A stretch of DNA of 53,011 nt, counting the filler, from Squatina squatina (lineage: Eukaryota), in assembly GCA_031763465.1 (NCBI GenBank). It is 3 parts of 3 records of this genome, joined end to end, with 100 filler letters (N's around TTAATTAATTAA, not from the genome) between each part and the next. Parts side by side here need not be neighbours in the genome. Positions count along the whole stretch, not along the records: positions 1 to 15,038 come from JARFOE010000080.1; positions 15,139 to 36,195 come from JARFOE010000233.1; 1 more part is not named here. One strand, 5' to 3'. Shown piece by piece: positions 10,373-22,290 of the stretch (within the stretch, counting starts at the first letter, position 1; each line of letters begins with the position of its first letter). The notes under the pieces are model-generated. The model had not been told where the DNA came from. It did no database searches and was given only the letters and a program-made list of their open reading frames with translations. A program made the position numbers and the translations under genes.

Positions 10373-12200
10373 NNNNNNNNNNNNNNNNNNNNNNNNNNNN
10401 NNNNNNNNNNNNNNNNNNNNNNNNNNNNNNNNNNNNNNNNNNNNNNNNNNNNNNNNNNNNNNNNNNNNNNNNNNNNNNNNNNNNNNNNNNNNNNNNNNNN
10501 NNNNNNNNNNNNNNNNNNNNNNNNNNNNNNNNNNNNNNNNNNNNNNNNNNNNNNNNNNNNNNNNNNNNNNNNNNNNNNNNNNNNNNNNNNNNNNNNNNNN
10601 NNNNNNNNNNNNNNNNNNNNNNNNNNNNNNNNNNNNNNNNNNNNNNNNNNNNNNNNNNNNNNNNNNNNNNNNNNNNNNNNNNNNNNNNNNNNNNNNNNNN
10701 NNNNNNNNNNNNNNNNNNNNNNNNNNNNNNNNNNNNNNNNNNNNNNNNNNNNNNNNNNNNNNNNNNNNNNNNNNNNNNNNNNNNNNNNNNNNNNNNNNNN
10801 NNNNNNNNNNNNNNNNNNNNNNNNNNNNNNNNNNNNNNNNNNNNNNNNNNNNNNNNNNNNNNNNNNNNNNNNNNNNNNNNNNNNNNNNNNNNNNNNNNNN
10901 NNNNNNNNNNNNNNNNNNNNNNNNNNNNNNNNNNNNNNNNNNNNNNNNNNNNNNNNNNNNNNNNNNNNNNNNNNNNNNNNNNNNNNNNNNNNNNNNNNNN
11001 NNNNNNNNNNNNNNNNNNNNNNNNNNNNNNNNNNNNNNNNNNNNNNNNNNNNNNNNNNNNNNNNNNNNNNNNNNNNNNNNNNNNNNNNNNNNNNNNNNNN
11101 NNNNNNNNNNNNNNNNNNNNNNNNNNNNNNNNNNNNNNNNNNNNNNNNNNNNNNNNNNNNNNNNNNNNNNNNNNNNNNNNNNNNNNNNNNNNNNNNNNNN
11201 NNNNNNNNNNNNNNNNNNNNNNNNNNNNNNNNNNNNNNNNNNNNNNNNNNNNNNNNNNNNNNNNNNNNNNNNNNNNNNNNNNNNNNNNNNNNNNNNNNNN
11301 NNNNNNNNNNNNNNNNNNNNNNNNNNNNNNNNNNNNNNNNNNNNNNNNNNNNNNNNNNNNNNNNNNNNNNNGGTCGTTATAACTAAAAGTTGCATCTAAC
11401 ACCCCAATCATAGCTATAGCTATAGCTATTTCTGTATCAAATATAGTGACATACCAGAAATAAGAAACATGAAACGGCAGCCTATTACCATACTTAGTGA
11501 AAAATTAACTGAACGCTCTGTTGTTGATAGAATATTCCACCAAACTAGGGCATCAAGACAGTGAGCGATCATTTGGAATAAATATAAATCCAATGCTTAT
11601 ACTGGGATTACAGTGCAGTATTAGCTTGTCATTCAGGGTATATGGTTAGCTTAAAGACGCACTAAGAAGACAGCATTGTAGGATTTGATTTTCTTTAGTT
11701 TATTGAGTTTGTAGCCATTAGCTAAAGAAGGATATCTTTAAATCTACTCTATACAAGTGTACTTTGTTAACCAACATTTTTTAAAACCAACTTTTTATCA
11801 TATATTGTATATGAGCACCAAACTTCAACTTTTATTATTAATAAACAATGTTGCACTCTCAGATGATGTGATTCAACTGAAAGTTATCCAACCTATTGAA
11901 AAGAAGTGGAACATTGTATGATGAACAAACATATCTTCTGGCCACTCACAGCATGCACTAACATGTAGAAACTAAAGTCAGTCAACACCACCTCCACCAT
12001 GTTCCAATATTTAGCACACTATCAGCTAAACCAATCTAACTTCCCTCAGCAAAGAGAATGATAAACACATCATTCATTTTAACAGTTTTTTGTTGAAATA
12101 CCTACTTCAGACACTCTGTAGTAGTACAATGGCAGAGGTGGAACACACTGCAAATGGCTACCTTCTTCATTTGTAATTATTAATACTTAAAAAAAATTCA

Positions 12201-13373
12201 GGGCGCCCAATTGGTCCTTCAGTGCTGGCACTAAATGAACGTTAGGGGTCTAACGCCTGTTTTTGGCACTAATGGGCTGCGCTGCAGAATTGGCAGTGGG
12301 CCAGTGCTGGCGGTAAATGGGCGCCGCTCCTGCAGTGCCAGAAAGTTGGCATCGGGCGCTGGACGTCGGCCATGATGTCATCAGAAGGCGCAGCACTCAA
12401 AATGGCCGCCAGACAAAGAATTGACCTCCGTTTGAAGTCTTTAAAAGTCGTGGTGACACCGCCTGGTTTTTCGGGTGGTGGCACACTCCCTCCATTTATT
12501 TTTGGCGCTATTTAAATGGGTAGGTCAGGTCGCCATCTTGGACGCATAAATCGCCTTTTTCAGACTTGAATCGCTTTGGAGGCTTTGTGTGCGAGTAGGG
12601 AACAGCATTTGCAACACTAAACTTTGCCTTTGGGTGAGCAGTTCAGTGCTCTCCAGATTTTTAAAAAAATCAGCCATGGGTACTACTTTAGCGGTGGACT
12701 GGGAGCTCCACCAACATCACATGAGGTACCTCAGGCACAGGTGTCGGCTCCTTTTAGAGCAGAGAGAGATGAGGGCACAGCAAGATGAGGCTAGGGAGGA
12801 GGCAGTACCAGCTCTTCATCATAATCATGCCCAACAACCCCTTGGCTTGCCAGAGCCAGCNNNNNNNNNNNNNNNNNNNNNNNNNNNNNNNNNNNNNNNN
12901 NNNNNNNNNNNNNNNNNNNNNNNNNNNNNNNNNNNNNNNNNNNNNNNNNNNNNNNNNNNNGGGTACTGAATTTGGATGATCAGCCATGATCTCATTGAAT
13001 GGCGGAGCAGGCTCGAAGGGCCGAATGGCCTAATCCTGCTCCTATTTTCTATGTTTCTATGTTTCTATGATTTGACTGACCTAAGCAATGCTTGTGTCTC
13101 CAGAACGAGCCCCTCTAAGGGCTGAGGTGGCCTGACACATGATTGCAGCTCCTTAGGTCGGTTGCTGAATTGGCCCGCTGAAACCAGTAAAGTTGTATTA
13201 GCGTCGATCAGGGTCCCATTAGCGCTGAATTCTGCACGAATTTTTAAGCTGCCCGAAAAAATTTCTCAAAGACCCGAGTACCGCGATTTAGTGGGGTAGC
13301 GCAAAATGGGCGCTAAAATCACAGTCTTTGGTCCTCTTGCGTTTCAAACGCAGGGCAGACCAATTGGGACCCC
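12201..13373 (+). mobile_element. Harbinger-type DNA transposon with both TIRs and a TCA target-site duplication (contains a gap)
   Basis: Left end GGGCGCCCAATTGGTC (12201-12216); right end reverse-complemented is GGGGTCCCAATTGGTC (13358-13373), 14/16 identical. TCA flanks both ends (12198-12200 and 13374-13376). An ATG at 12676 opens MGTTLAVDWELHQHHMRYLRHR..., a plausible transposase N-terminus running into the gap. Confidence 0.75.
12961..13070 (+). mobile_element. CR1/HER1 3' tail nested in the Harbinger element
   Basis: GATCAGCCATGATCTCATTGAATGGCGGAGCAGGCTCGAAGGGCCGAATGGCCTA...(TTTCTATG)n. Confidence 0.9.
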
Positions 13374-14504
13374 TCATTCTCCACATCAACATACAGTAAC
13401 ATTTTTCTAAAAAAAACATTAATGAGTACAACAGCACTTTCTAAAGCTTTAATAACAAAGATTTTTATAGTTGGATACCTAATTAATTAAATCTTTTCGG
13501 TGGAATACCACTTCCCACAATCCTCCGCAGGCAGTGTCTATGGCTACAGTTGTTAAGGCTTCAATTTCATATATAAGCCAATCCCACTGGGATCTTTATC
13601 CCACTGGTTGCTGCTGTCTGAACCATGGATCCCCCATCATTTGTCTTCAGAAACCCTTTAGCAATTTGAGCACAAAGACGTTTTGACAGAGTTCTTCCTT
13701 GTCACCTTTGCAGTCATAAACATTCCTCCCAAGAGCTTTGAACAAGGTGCCAAATGTTTCACACAAAAAAGCAAATAGTAAATCACATGTGGTAGAAATA
13801 GACTGCTGCTTAAAATGAAGCATATTTCACTTGGATGTGGTTCCTGTCTGCGATGGACATAAACAGATGTAGCAAACAATTTGCCATAGTTCAGCTGGGA
13901 AAACTGCAGGATCCTGAAATTTCAGGCCTCAGCAGAGTGTATCTTTAGCTTGAGAGAGTCAACAGAGAAGAATCAAAACAGAGACGCTCCTCTGGCACCA
14001 GCAAGATGTATACTAGACACAATCCTAGAAACAGAAAATTACAGTCAATATGAAGGATCAAACCAAAAATAGGATTTCACTGACCTGTTGGAGAAAATGA
14101 ATAACTAACTCTTTGAGCACAACAAGCAAACCAGTAAAAAAGTTCTTTATTCCAACACTATTTTCAGTATGTTTAATTCTACATTATTGGACTTCCAACA
14201 AAAAAAATCCTCCTCTATATACCAGCAATTAAAAAGGAGCACATTTAGCATTTTAAAGCATCCACAGAATGCTAACAGTATAATTAAAATATACAGGCGG
14301 GACAGTTTAAAAAACATAGCGATTAGTAAGCCACTATGATAAGTGTTTGATTAACACCGCTATGGTTATCGGCTTCAACCCTCCAGATAGGATGTGGTGT
14401 ACTAACTTTTGGATTGTGGATGAATTTTGGTGCAAATTTGAACATATCTGAATAGTTGTTTTGAATTTGAACTGTTTGGACTTGGGGATGCACCTTCAGG
14501 TTCT

Positions 14505-14607
14505 TTAAGTGCAGCTGTGGTGGTTTAAAGGACCTGAAGATGTATCAAATGATTGAGCCATTTCTGACTCCAGATCAAATGATTTGATGTTCCTTATCCT
14601 TGCAACC
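14505..14607 (-). other. Candidate terminal exon of a gene convergent with MIPEP; identity unproven, synteny suggests TNFRSF19
   Basis: Acceptor ttttattattattgcag at 14608-14610. Reads GCKDKEHQII* in phase 0 or VARIRNIKSFDLESEMAQSFDTSSGPLNHHSCT* in phase 2. Followed by repeat-poor AT-rich sequence with minus-strand AATAAA near 14150 and 11835. No protein match recognised. Confidence 0.25.
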
Positions 14608-15082
14608 CTGCAATAATAATAAAATGACAGGTCGGAGTTTTGGAATAAAGTTAATCTATCTTCATCACACGTCATTTAAAAGCTGCTGATCCCAAATTTC
14701 ACTTTAATAAACTTTACTGGGAATTTGCAACTCTCCTAGAATTCCATGAGTTTCAAACTGGGGAAATTAGATTTCCTCCAAGTTAAAAACTACCTAGCTC
14801 AGACCTGTCAAACTCTATTAGGTGTGACAATTGCTCACGTGGTTAGTAACATGATGACCTACCTTGATGTATGGTAATCAAATGTAAACACAGCTCCATT
14901 TGTTTAAGTGGCTATGAAATCTGTGTCACTCTCACTTATCATAAGTGCCACTCCTAACAGTGTTAACAGATCTGCTATCCCGTTATGTTGTGGAACCTCT
15001 CCATCTCCACAATTTTAAGTATTTCATGAAAGTAACATNNNNNNNNNNNNNNNNNNNNNNNNNNNNNNNNNNNNNNNNNNNN

Positions 15083-15094
15083 TTAATTAATTAA
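15083..15094. other. Artificial scaffold-concatenation linker TTAATTAATTAA
   Basis: Palindromic 12-mer with stops in all six frames, centred between two runs of exactly 44 N. The same construct occurs at 36240-36251. Confidence 0.95.
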
Positions 15095-15177
15095 NNNNNN
15101 NNNNNNNNNNNNNNNNNNNNNNNNNNNNNNNNNNNNNNCCTCAGGACATCCCAAAGTGTTTTACAGCCAATGAGGTA

Positions 15178-15538
15178 TATAAGAATTAGGAGCAGGAGTA
15201 GGCCATTCAGCCCCTCGAGCCTGCTCCTCCATTCAACTAGATCATGGCTGATCTTCTACCTCAAGGCCACTTTCCTGCACTATCACCATATCCCTTGATG
15301 CCTTTAATATCCAAAAATCTATCAATCTCTGTCTTGAATATACTCAACGACTGAGCCTCCACAGCCCTCTGGAGTAGAGAATTCCACAGGCTCACCACCC
15401 TCTGAGTGAAGAAATTTCTCCTCATCTCAATCCTCAATGGCTAACCACTTATTTTGAGAGTGTGACCCCTGGTTCTAGACTCCCCAGCCAGGAAAAACAT
15501 CCTCCCTGCATCTACCCCGTCGAGGCCTGTAAAAATTT
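15178..15538 (-). mobile_element. CR1/HER1 LINE 3' end
   Basis: Reverse complement of the HER1-type 3' end (GGAGCAGGAGTAGGCCATTCAGCCCCTCGAGCCTGCTCC...GATCATGGCTGATC). Preceded by a short Deu-SINE fragment at 15139-15177. Confidence 0.9.
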
Positions 15539-16418
15539 GTAAGCATGTGGGGGTAAGGGGATAGAAATGAAAACTGAATTATGATCTCGCCTTCAGAGCT
15601 GTGAGATTGCTAAAGGACAAGAATTTTTTTTTAGTGTTAGCCCAGAATGTTAAAAAAAAAATGGCATACATTACTTTGAAAATTAATTAAAGGTCTGAAT
15701 AATACAGTATTTTTTTTTACCAAAAGACACTTTAAGAAGCTCAGTAATAACATGCCATCAATAGTGTTGGGAATATTTTAATAACTGTGAAGGTCTTATT
15801 GCACATATTTCAATGGGATATTAATATCTGTGATGTGGAACCAAGAATGACAGACAGATCATCAATAAATATTTATGTGAAATCCACTACATGTCAAAGA
15901 TGTGAAGCACACATGGTGCTGACAAGTGCTCAAGCACAAGAGCGATCCAAAAACAGAACAAAGAAAATGAAACAGAGAGTTACTTCAAAGCTGCATTGTA
16001 AGCTCAGGCTTAGGCTGATAGCTACTAGCTATTCAAGTTTTACTGCTAGAGTTTTTGACATCAGCGATTAGATAATTGTTTAGGTCAATGATTTGTAATC
16101 TCGCTAGATATTCAGCATGCTCCATCAAATTAAAGGGGCACTGTCTTACCGAAAAGTATTTACCATTTTTTTTTTGTCAGGAAAGACAAAGAGCCCGATG
16201 GAGAGCTGTACATAAAGAATGATGTCACATAGAAGTGAAGTGACAAAGCACTTCAAGGCTTTAAACAGCTGACATCATTATTTGCAAACAAGTGGAAAAC
16301 AGTTACTTCATGAAGGCAGTACCCCTTTAACAATATCGGCCTGTATTTGTTCTACTAGAACATGCAGTACTCCATATGTTGTTGATTGCAGTCGATCAAT
16401 GTATGTATCATGTCTTAC

Positions 16419-16554
16419 CTGGTCTGACATGGCTGTTGATTGCACTTGCGGACCAGTGATTCGGGTTTTCTCAGCTGTTTGCATTTTCTATTATCCACAA
16501 TAGTTGTAGTTTTGCTCATGATTTTTGTACAAGTCACAAGTGTTTTTCTTTCTC
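16419..16554 (-). CDS. ADAMTS19: ADAMTS19 exon (136 bp), thrombospondin type-1 repeat
   Basis: ccag acceptor and GTAAGA donor. Encodes G-ERKTLVTCTKIMSKTTTIVDNRKCKQLRKPESLVRKCNQQPCQT-R; human ADAMTS19 is recalled as GERKTTVSCTKIMSKNISIVDNEKCKYLTKPEPQIRKCNEQPCQTR. Absent from the ORF track. Confidence 0.92.
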
Positions 16555-17099
16555 CTGGATAGGTAAAACCACAAGTTGAACGTTTTTACTTAAAATGCTG
16601 CATGTTCACAAAGCTATGGCTCTCCACTTTCATGATCCAACAGAGGCACACAGGTATGGGGTATGAGTTAAACTGCCTCCCACTATATTTTGTTTTGATT
16701 GACAAGATGGAGAACCATCTCCTTTCATTCAAGAGAAAATAAATTAGTAGAAGAGGCCAAATAAGATTTCAATAAAGGCAAGTAAATATTTGTGTATTAT
16801 GCCACCATAGTTACATGGCAGGCAGTAATCATTGCAAAACCACCACTTGGAGATAAATGTCAAAACCTGTACACCACGAGTCCATTGTTTTTATGAATGA
16901 TTCAGGTACAATATCAGTAAGGTCAATTATGCAGAATATTTAAAGAAGCAACACAAACAAGTACTGCAGAGATCTGAAGCCACCGCATCATATAGTAATC
17001 CATATTTTAAATTAGAAAGACATTACTTGATAAGAACAAACAGGAAATGATCTAGGGTAAAAATTCTGAAATGTGCACGATTTTGGGTCAACTAACCTT

Positions 17100-17195
17100 A
17101 ATTCTGACAAAAGGTCATTGACCTGAAATGTTAGATTTTTTTCTCTTTCTCCAAAGGTGCTGCCTGACCTGCTGAGTATTTTCTGTTTTTATTTT
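17100..17195 (+). mobile_element. Penelope-like element terminal-repeat fragment with a degenerate hammerhead core
   Basis: CTGACAA-AAGGTCATTGACCT-GAAATGTT...GCTGCCTGACCTGCTGAGTATTTTCTGTTTTTATT. Same family as the minus-strand copies at 40674-40851 and 41571-41965. Confidence 0.75.
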
Positions 17196-18466
17196 TAATT
17201 TTGGCATCGGCGCACTAGGATTGGCGCAGAGAATTTTTTCCCGCTCAGTAAACAACAATAGCAAATTTGCATTCTGATAGAAATTCTCACATGTAGTAGC
17301 ACATTTCAATATAGTTTCAGTTAAGGAGGGCAAACAGCAGATGCTAAGCAGGAAGGGAAAACGGAGCATGTTAAAATAGGGGACGAAAGGCAAATTTGAA
17401 GAAAAGAGTTTTGTGCAAATTTTTTTAATGTATTTGTAACTTTGTTATTTCTGACTGTTTACAGTCAGAAAGAGATCAAAAACCTTCTAACATAATGGGT
17501 CTTAAGCTAACTATCATCTCAAACACCATTTTTATTTGCAGGAATATACTATGCTTTTAAAACATTTAAAATAACCCTTTTNNNNNNNNNNNNNNNNNNN
17601 NNNNNNNNNNNNNNNNNNNNNNNNNNNNNNNNNNNNNNNNNNNNNNNNNNNNNNNNNNNNNNNNNNNNNNNNNNNNNNNNNAACCTTCCCAATTACCTGC
17701 TGCACCTGTATGCTAGCTTTCTGTGTTTCATGTATGAGGACCCCCAAATCCCTTTGTGCCGAGACCTGCAAGAACTTGGAAAAAGCATCTCCAGAACACC
17801 CCGAGCTAGACACTGCCCAGCAGAGCTAGGGAGATGGCATTGTACAGGCTCTCACCTCCTGCACTGCACAGGAAAGGCTGCTGTAAATCTGTCCCACAAT
17901 TTATGCATTTAGAAAATACACCTGGAAAAATGACCATTTCTCTGCAGAATCAAGATGAGACTACTTGGCTGTTCCCTTTTCCTTTTGAAAGTACATGGGG
18001 AATTACTGACCAGCTGTAACAACAACAGCAGTCAAGTACCTAGTCTGTCCTCGCATTAATCTGCTATTGCAATGATTTTAGTACAACAAAGGAGTTACAT
18101 CACTCATGATTGCACCTTTAAACCTTTTTCAACCCCTCAGCTATAAGTATCGGACTGACTCTCTTTTGGATACTGAGCTGACGGATGGATCTGGTCTCAG
18201 CAGTGGGCCGTGGTATTTATTATGTGAGAACAGTCACAGCTCTAGACTGGCATCCGATTTGGCTGTACATAAAAAGCAGCAAAGCCATTTGGCACAATAT
18301 TGGAGATCATTATCCAAATAACTACAGACGATTGGCACTGCTGTGCAACATTGATTGTTAGTCTCCACTACCAGTCTACTGTTCAAAGTTCCACTGTCTC
18401 CGTTGTGACAAGTCTATCTGTGTGAATTGAATGTCTGTTTTAACAGCGGAGATGTTAAGTGTTTTA

Positions 18467-18934
18467 GGAGGCCCAATTGGTCTGTTTTAGCACCATAGTA
18501 GCACCGAAAAGTGGTGTTACCAGGGTGCTAAAGCAGCACAAGGGTCAATTTTGTAATGTTGAGGAATTGGGCATGACACCCCGGCAGCGCAAAAGCTTCT
18601 TTGCCGGGGACGCCATTAGTCAACGCGAAACATCATCAAGTCGCACGCCGATCCCGTAGTGTCGCTCTGCAACCCCCTTTGACATCACTGGAGAGCCACA
18701 GCTGGAATTGATCCACAGCTCGCCGGCGAGGCCCGTGTCGTTGACAACGACAGTTAAAGGAGAGGTGATTACGCCGTCAGCCACCATTTTCTTACATCGG
18801 CCGACTTCTGCTCTCTGGTGTGCCAGCATTTTTCTGTCTCCAACCTGGCTCCCTGGTGGCCCAGTGGCGGGCCCCGGGGCTCCATTGCCTCAGCCGGCGG
18901 CCCACCCCTTTAAAGCAGGGGGTGGGGCCATGGC
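18467..18934. mobile_element. One end of a Harbinger-type element
   Basis: TTA followed by GGAGGCCCAATTGGTCTG, resembling the TIR at 12201/13373. GC-rich interior, cut by a gap. A similar end (TTA-GGGTGCCCAATTGGCC) starts at 21475. Confidence 0.55.
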
Positions 18935-19741
18935 NNNNNNNNNNNNNNNNNNNNNNNNNNNNNNNNNNNNNNNNNNNNNNNNNNNNNNNNNNNNNNNNNN
19001 NNNNNNNNNNNNNNNNNNNNNNNNNNNNNNNNNNCCTACTTGCACAAGTCTAGAGAGTGTAGACATAGTTTGGCAGAAGGGACCCCAAAGTGTTTGCTGG
19101 AGTTTAACCAGCTAAAACCACACAACTTGCAAACACAGGTGCTGGTAAGCTTCCCTCCACTTGCCCAAGTAAGAACACCCTTCCCATTAAGGCACTGATG
19201 TACAGGATTATTTTGGAGCTGACCCAGAAGAATCCCAGTCCCCAGTAACTCCATGTCCCATGAATGAGCCCGAATGGCTAGTCAATCATCAACAGTGTAC
19301 TGGAGTATTGTGAATCTGTCTGGCTCGGCTATTAGATTACGAAGCCTGCCAGAGAGGGTTGACTTGGTTCCAATCTTCCATTGCCAAGTGTGTCATCTTA
19401 ATTCCAAAGAGACATTACTTACCTCCCTGCCAAGGAAAGGAAAAATAAACACAAGTTAGTCAGACACCTGGCAAGTGTGGGCTTGTGCTTTTGCTCAGTG
19501 AACAGCAGATACAAGGAAAGGAGTGCCTTAATTCTTCCAGAAATACCTGGAATAAACATTCAGACTATCCCTTATGATACCATCCAACACATCATTGAAT
19601 TTCAGTTTAAAATTTTCAGCAAAATCAGTCCTTAAATTTTTATTTATGTAAAGAGAACAAATAATTTTCCTTCCTAATATCTGACAAAGACATTGTAAAA
19701 AAAAAAGAATAGAAAAAGATGAAATTTTCCAGGAGCCATAC

Positions 19742-19899
19742 CAGTAGATGTAGAGGAGATGTGGTTGGACCTTTAGCAGAAATTTTTTCCCAGAATCCTC
19801 TTCGAACATAATGCACCGTAGTTCCAGCAATGTTAAATGCCCCTGGATGTTCAATCTTCCAATCACTGTTAATGGAATGTTTGCTGGCATCTCGGAGAG
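19742..19899 (-). CDS. ADAMTS19: ADAMTS19 exon (158 bp), spacer domain
   Basis: cttcttgtag acceptor and GTATGG donor. Encodes [53 protein letters not shown]. Residues LRDA, IEH.GAFN, VHY and PTT.PLHLL fit ADAMTS19 rather than ADAMTS17, as recalled. Confidence 0.93.
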
Positions 19900-20385
19900 C
19901 TACAAGAAGTATTAACATTTTAGAAGATAAACATTTAATAACAGATTGAAAGGATGGAAACATGAAGAATAAGTGAAGTGCAGTACAACTTAATTCCCAT
20001 AAAAACACAGATTTGTTAATATTGATAAAGTAAATAATTTGTGATGTAAACAGACAAGTCCTTCCAAGCAGTTACATTAATGGGATGGTGGTTAGGTACT
20101 ATTTTCTCTTCTTCTCTTCCTTACATTTATGGCTTGAAAACAATACATCATCTGAGGTTGGAGTCAATGGAAATAAAAATCAGTAAAGATGTAAAACGTA
20201 CTGCCGACTCACTATCACCCATTTTATACTATCGCACAAAGTCAAGACCTATTCTCAAGTGTTTAAGCATACAATTCTTCTTCTTNNNNNNNNNNNNNNN
20301 NNNNNNNNNNNNNNNNNNNNNNNNNNNNNNNNNNNNNNNNNNNNNNNNNNNNNNNNNNNNNNNNNNNNNNNNNNNNNNNNNNNNN

Positions 20386-20669
20386 ACCCCAAATCTACAC
20401 CCCCTGGTTATTGACCCCTCAGCCAAGGGGAATAGGACCTTCCTATCCACTCTATCTGCACCCCTCATAATTTTATACACCTCAATTATGTCTCCCCTCA
20501 GCCTTCTCTGTTCCAACAAAAACAACCCCAGCTTATCCAATCTTTCCTCATAACTAAAATTCTCCAATCCAGGAAACATCCTCATAAATCTCTTCTGTAC
20601 TATCTTTAGTGCCATTACATCTTTATAGTGCAGTGACCAGAACTGCATGCAGTACTCCAGCTGTGGCCA
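20386..20669 (-). mobile_element. CR1/HER1 ORF2 C-terminal fragment
   Basis: PQLEYCMQFWSLHYKDVMALKIVQKRFMRMFPGLENFSYEERLDKLGLFLLEQRRLRGDIIEVYKIMRG. Confidence 0.92.
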
Positions 20670-21470
20670 ACGTGGAACACTTCCCATACCTTGGGAGCCT
20701 CCTCTCAACAAGGGCAGACATAGACGACGAAATCCAGCACCGCCTCTGGTGTGCCAGCACAGTCTTCGGTCTCCTGAGGAAGAGAGTATTTGAAGACAAA
20801 GACCTCGGACCCGGCACCAAGCTCATGGTCTACAGGGCAGCAGTGATACCTGCCCTCCTGTACGCATTGGAGTCACTGTACAGCAGGCACCTCAAAGCAC
20901 TGGAGAAATACTCCGCAAAATCCTGCAATTCACTGGCAGGATAAATGCACCAACGCCAGCATTCTCTCTCAGGCCAACATCCCCAGCATTGAGGCACTGG
21001 TCAGGCTCAATCAACTGCGATGGGCGGGTCACATCGTCCGCATGCCTGATTCAAGACTCCCGAAACAAGCACTATATTCTGAGCTCCATCATGGCAAACG
21101 CCTCTGAGGAGGGCAGAGCAACGCTACAAGGATGTCCTTAAAGCCTCATTGAAAAATTGTAACATCCATAGAATCATAGAATCATAACATCCCCACCGAC
21201 TCATGGGAATCAATGGCCCAAGACTGCCAGCAATGGAGAAGCATCCGTGAAGGCACCAACCGTTTCGAGTTTCTCCGGCGGGAGTGCGTGAAGGCCAAGC
21301 GCAGGCAGCGGAAGGAGTGCGTGGAAACACGAGCATTCCATCCCACCTGCCCCACCTGTGTCCGAGTTTGCAGATCCCACATTGGACTTTTCAGCCACCT
21401 CAGAACCCATAACTCCGGAGTGGAAGCAAGTCATCCTCGAACCCGAGGTACTGCCTAAGAAGAAGAAAGA
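20665..21470 (+). mobile_element. RTE-clade LINE, 5'-truncated, with C-terminal C2H2 finger and (AAG)n tail
   Basis: VEHFPYLGSLLS..ADIDDEIQHRL...TKLMVYRAAVIPALLY; QLRWAGHIVRMPDSRLPKQALYSEL; CPTCVRVCRSHIGLFSHLRTH. Ends GCCTAAGAAGAAGAAAGAA. Frameshifted. Confidence 0.9.
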
Positions 21471-21634
21471 ATTAGGGTGCCCAATTGGCCTTTTTATAGT
21501 CTGTGGCTATATCGGGCCAATTGGTGTAAATTTANNNNNNNNNNNNNNNNNNNNNNNNNNNNNNNNNNNNNNNNNNNNNNNNNNNNNNNNNNNNNNNNNN
21601 NNNNNNNNNNNNNNNNNNNNNNNNNNNNNNNNNN

Positions 21635-22290
21635 CCATTGACCATGAACTTTTGCTTTGAGCTTCTGAGCCAATTTTGGATCCAACTTGCCACTTTGCCT
21701 TGGATCCCATTGCCGCTTACTTTCGTGACCAGGCTGCAAGGTGGGGCCTTATTGGAAGCCTTGCTAACATCCACATCAACTGCATCAAACGTCCTGCGCT
21801 CAATGTAAATCCTTATTATGTGCTCAAGAACTTCATTGATCCCAGCTGTCTGTTCTTGATTAATATGTGTCTTTCGAAATGAAGATTTAACTTTCCCCTC
21901 AGAACATTTTGCAATTATTTGCCCACCACGCAGGTTAGGCAGACTTGCCTTTAATTACTTGGTCTATCCCTTTCCAGCTTTTTATACAACGGTGCAACAT
22001 TAACAGTCCTCCAGTCATCTGGCACCACATCTGTAGCCGGAGAGGATTGGAAAATGATGGGCAGAGCCTCTGCTATTTCATCTCTTGCTTCTCTTAATAG
22101 CCTGGGACATACTTACTCTGGGCCTCAGGATTTATCCACTTTGATAGATGGTAAGTACGTAAGTGTTTCTCTCACACAATGATATCTCATCTAATCTTTC
22201 GCACTCCTCCTGCCTGATTGCAATGCCTGCATTGTCCCTCTTTTTTTTAATTGAAAACAGATGCAAGGTATTCATTAAGAACTGCGCACA
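21635..22290 (-). mobile_element. CR1 LINE RT fragment, degenerate
   Basis: MDVSKASNKAPPCSLVTKVSGNGIQGKVASWIQNWLRSSKQK corresponds to DFSKAFDKVPH..L..K...GI.G....WI.NWL..R.Q. Confidence 0.8.

Noticed and set aside
10299-11411. Longest ORFs in the track (370 and 342 aa) and the many other X-containing ORFs
   Set aside because: They are open only because they cross N gaps.
11409-11430. (ATAGCT)3 palindromic microsatellite; also the 15-bp duplication near 50384-50413
   Set aside because: Too short, and consistent with ordinary replication slippage.
17112-17124. Perfect IR-1 nuclear-receptor element AGGTCATTGACCT (also 41649-41661)
   Set aside because: Better explained as the stem II hairpin of the Penelope hammerhead motif; there is no evidence of regulatory use.
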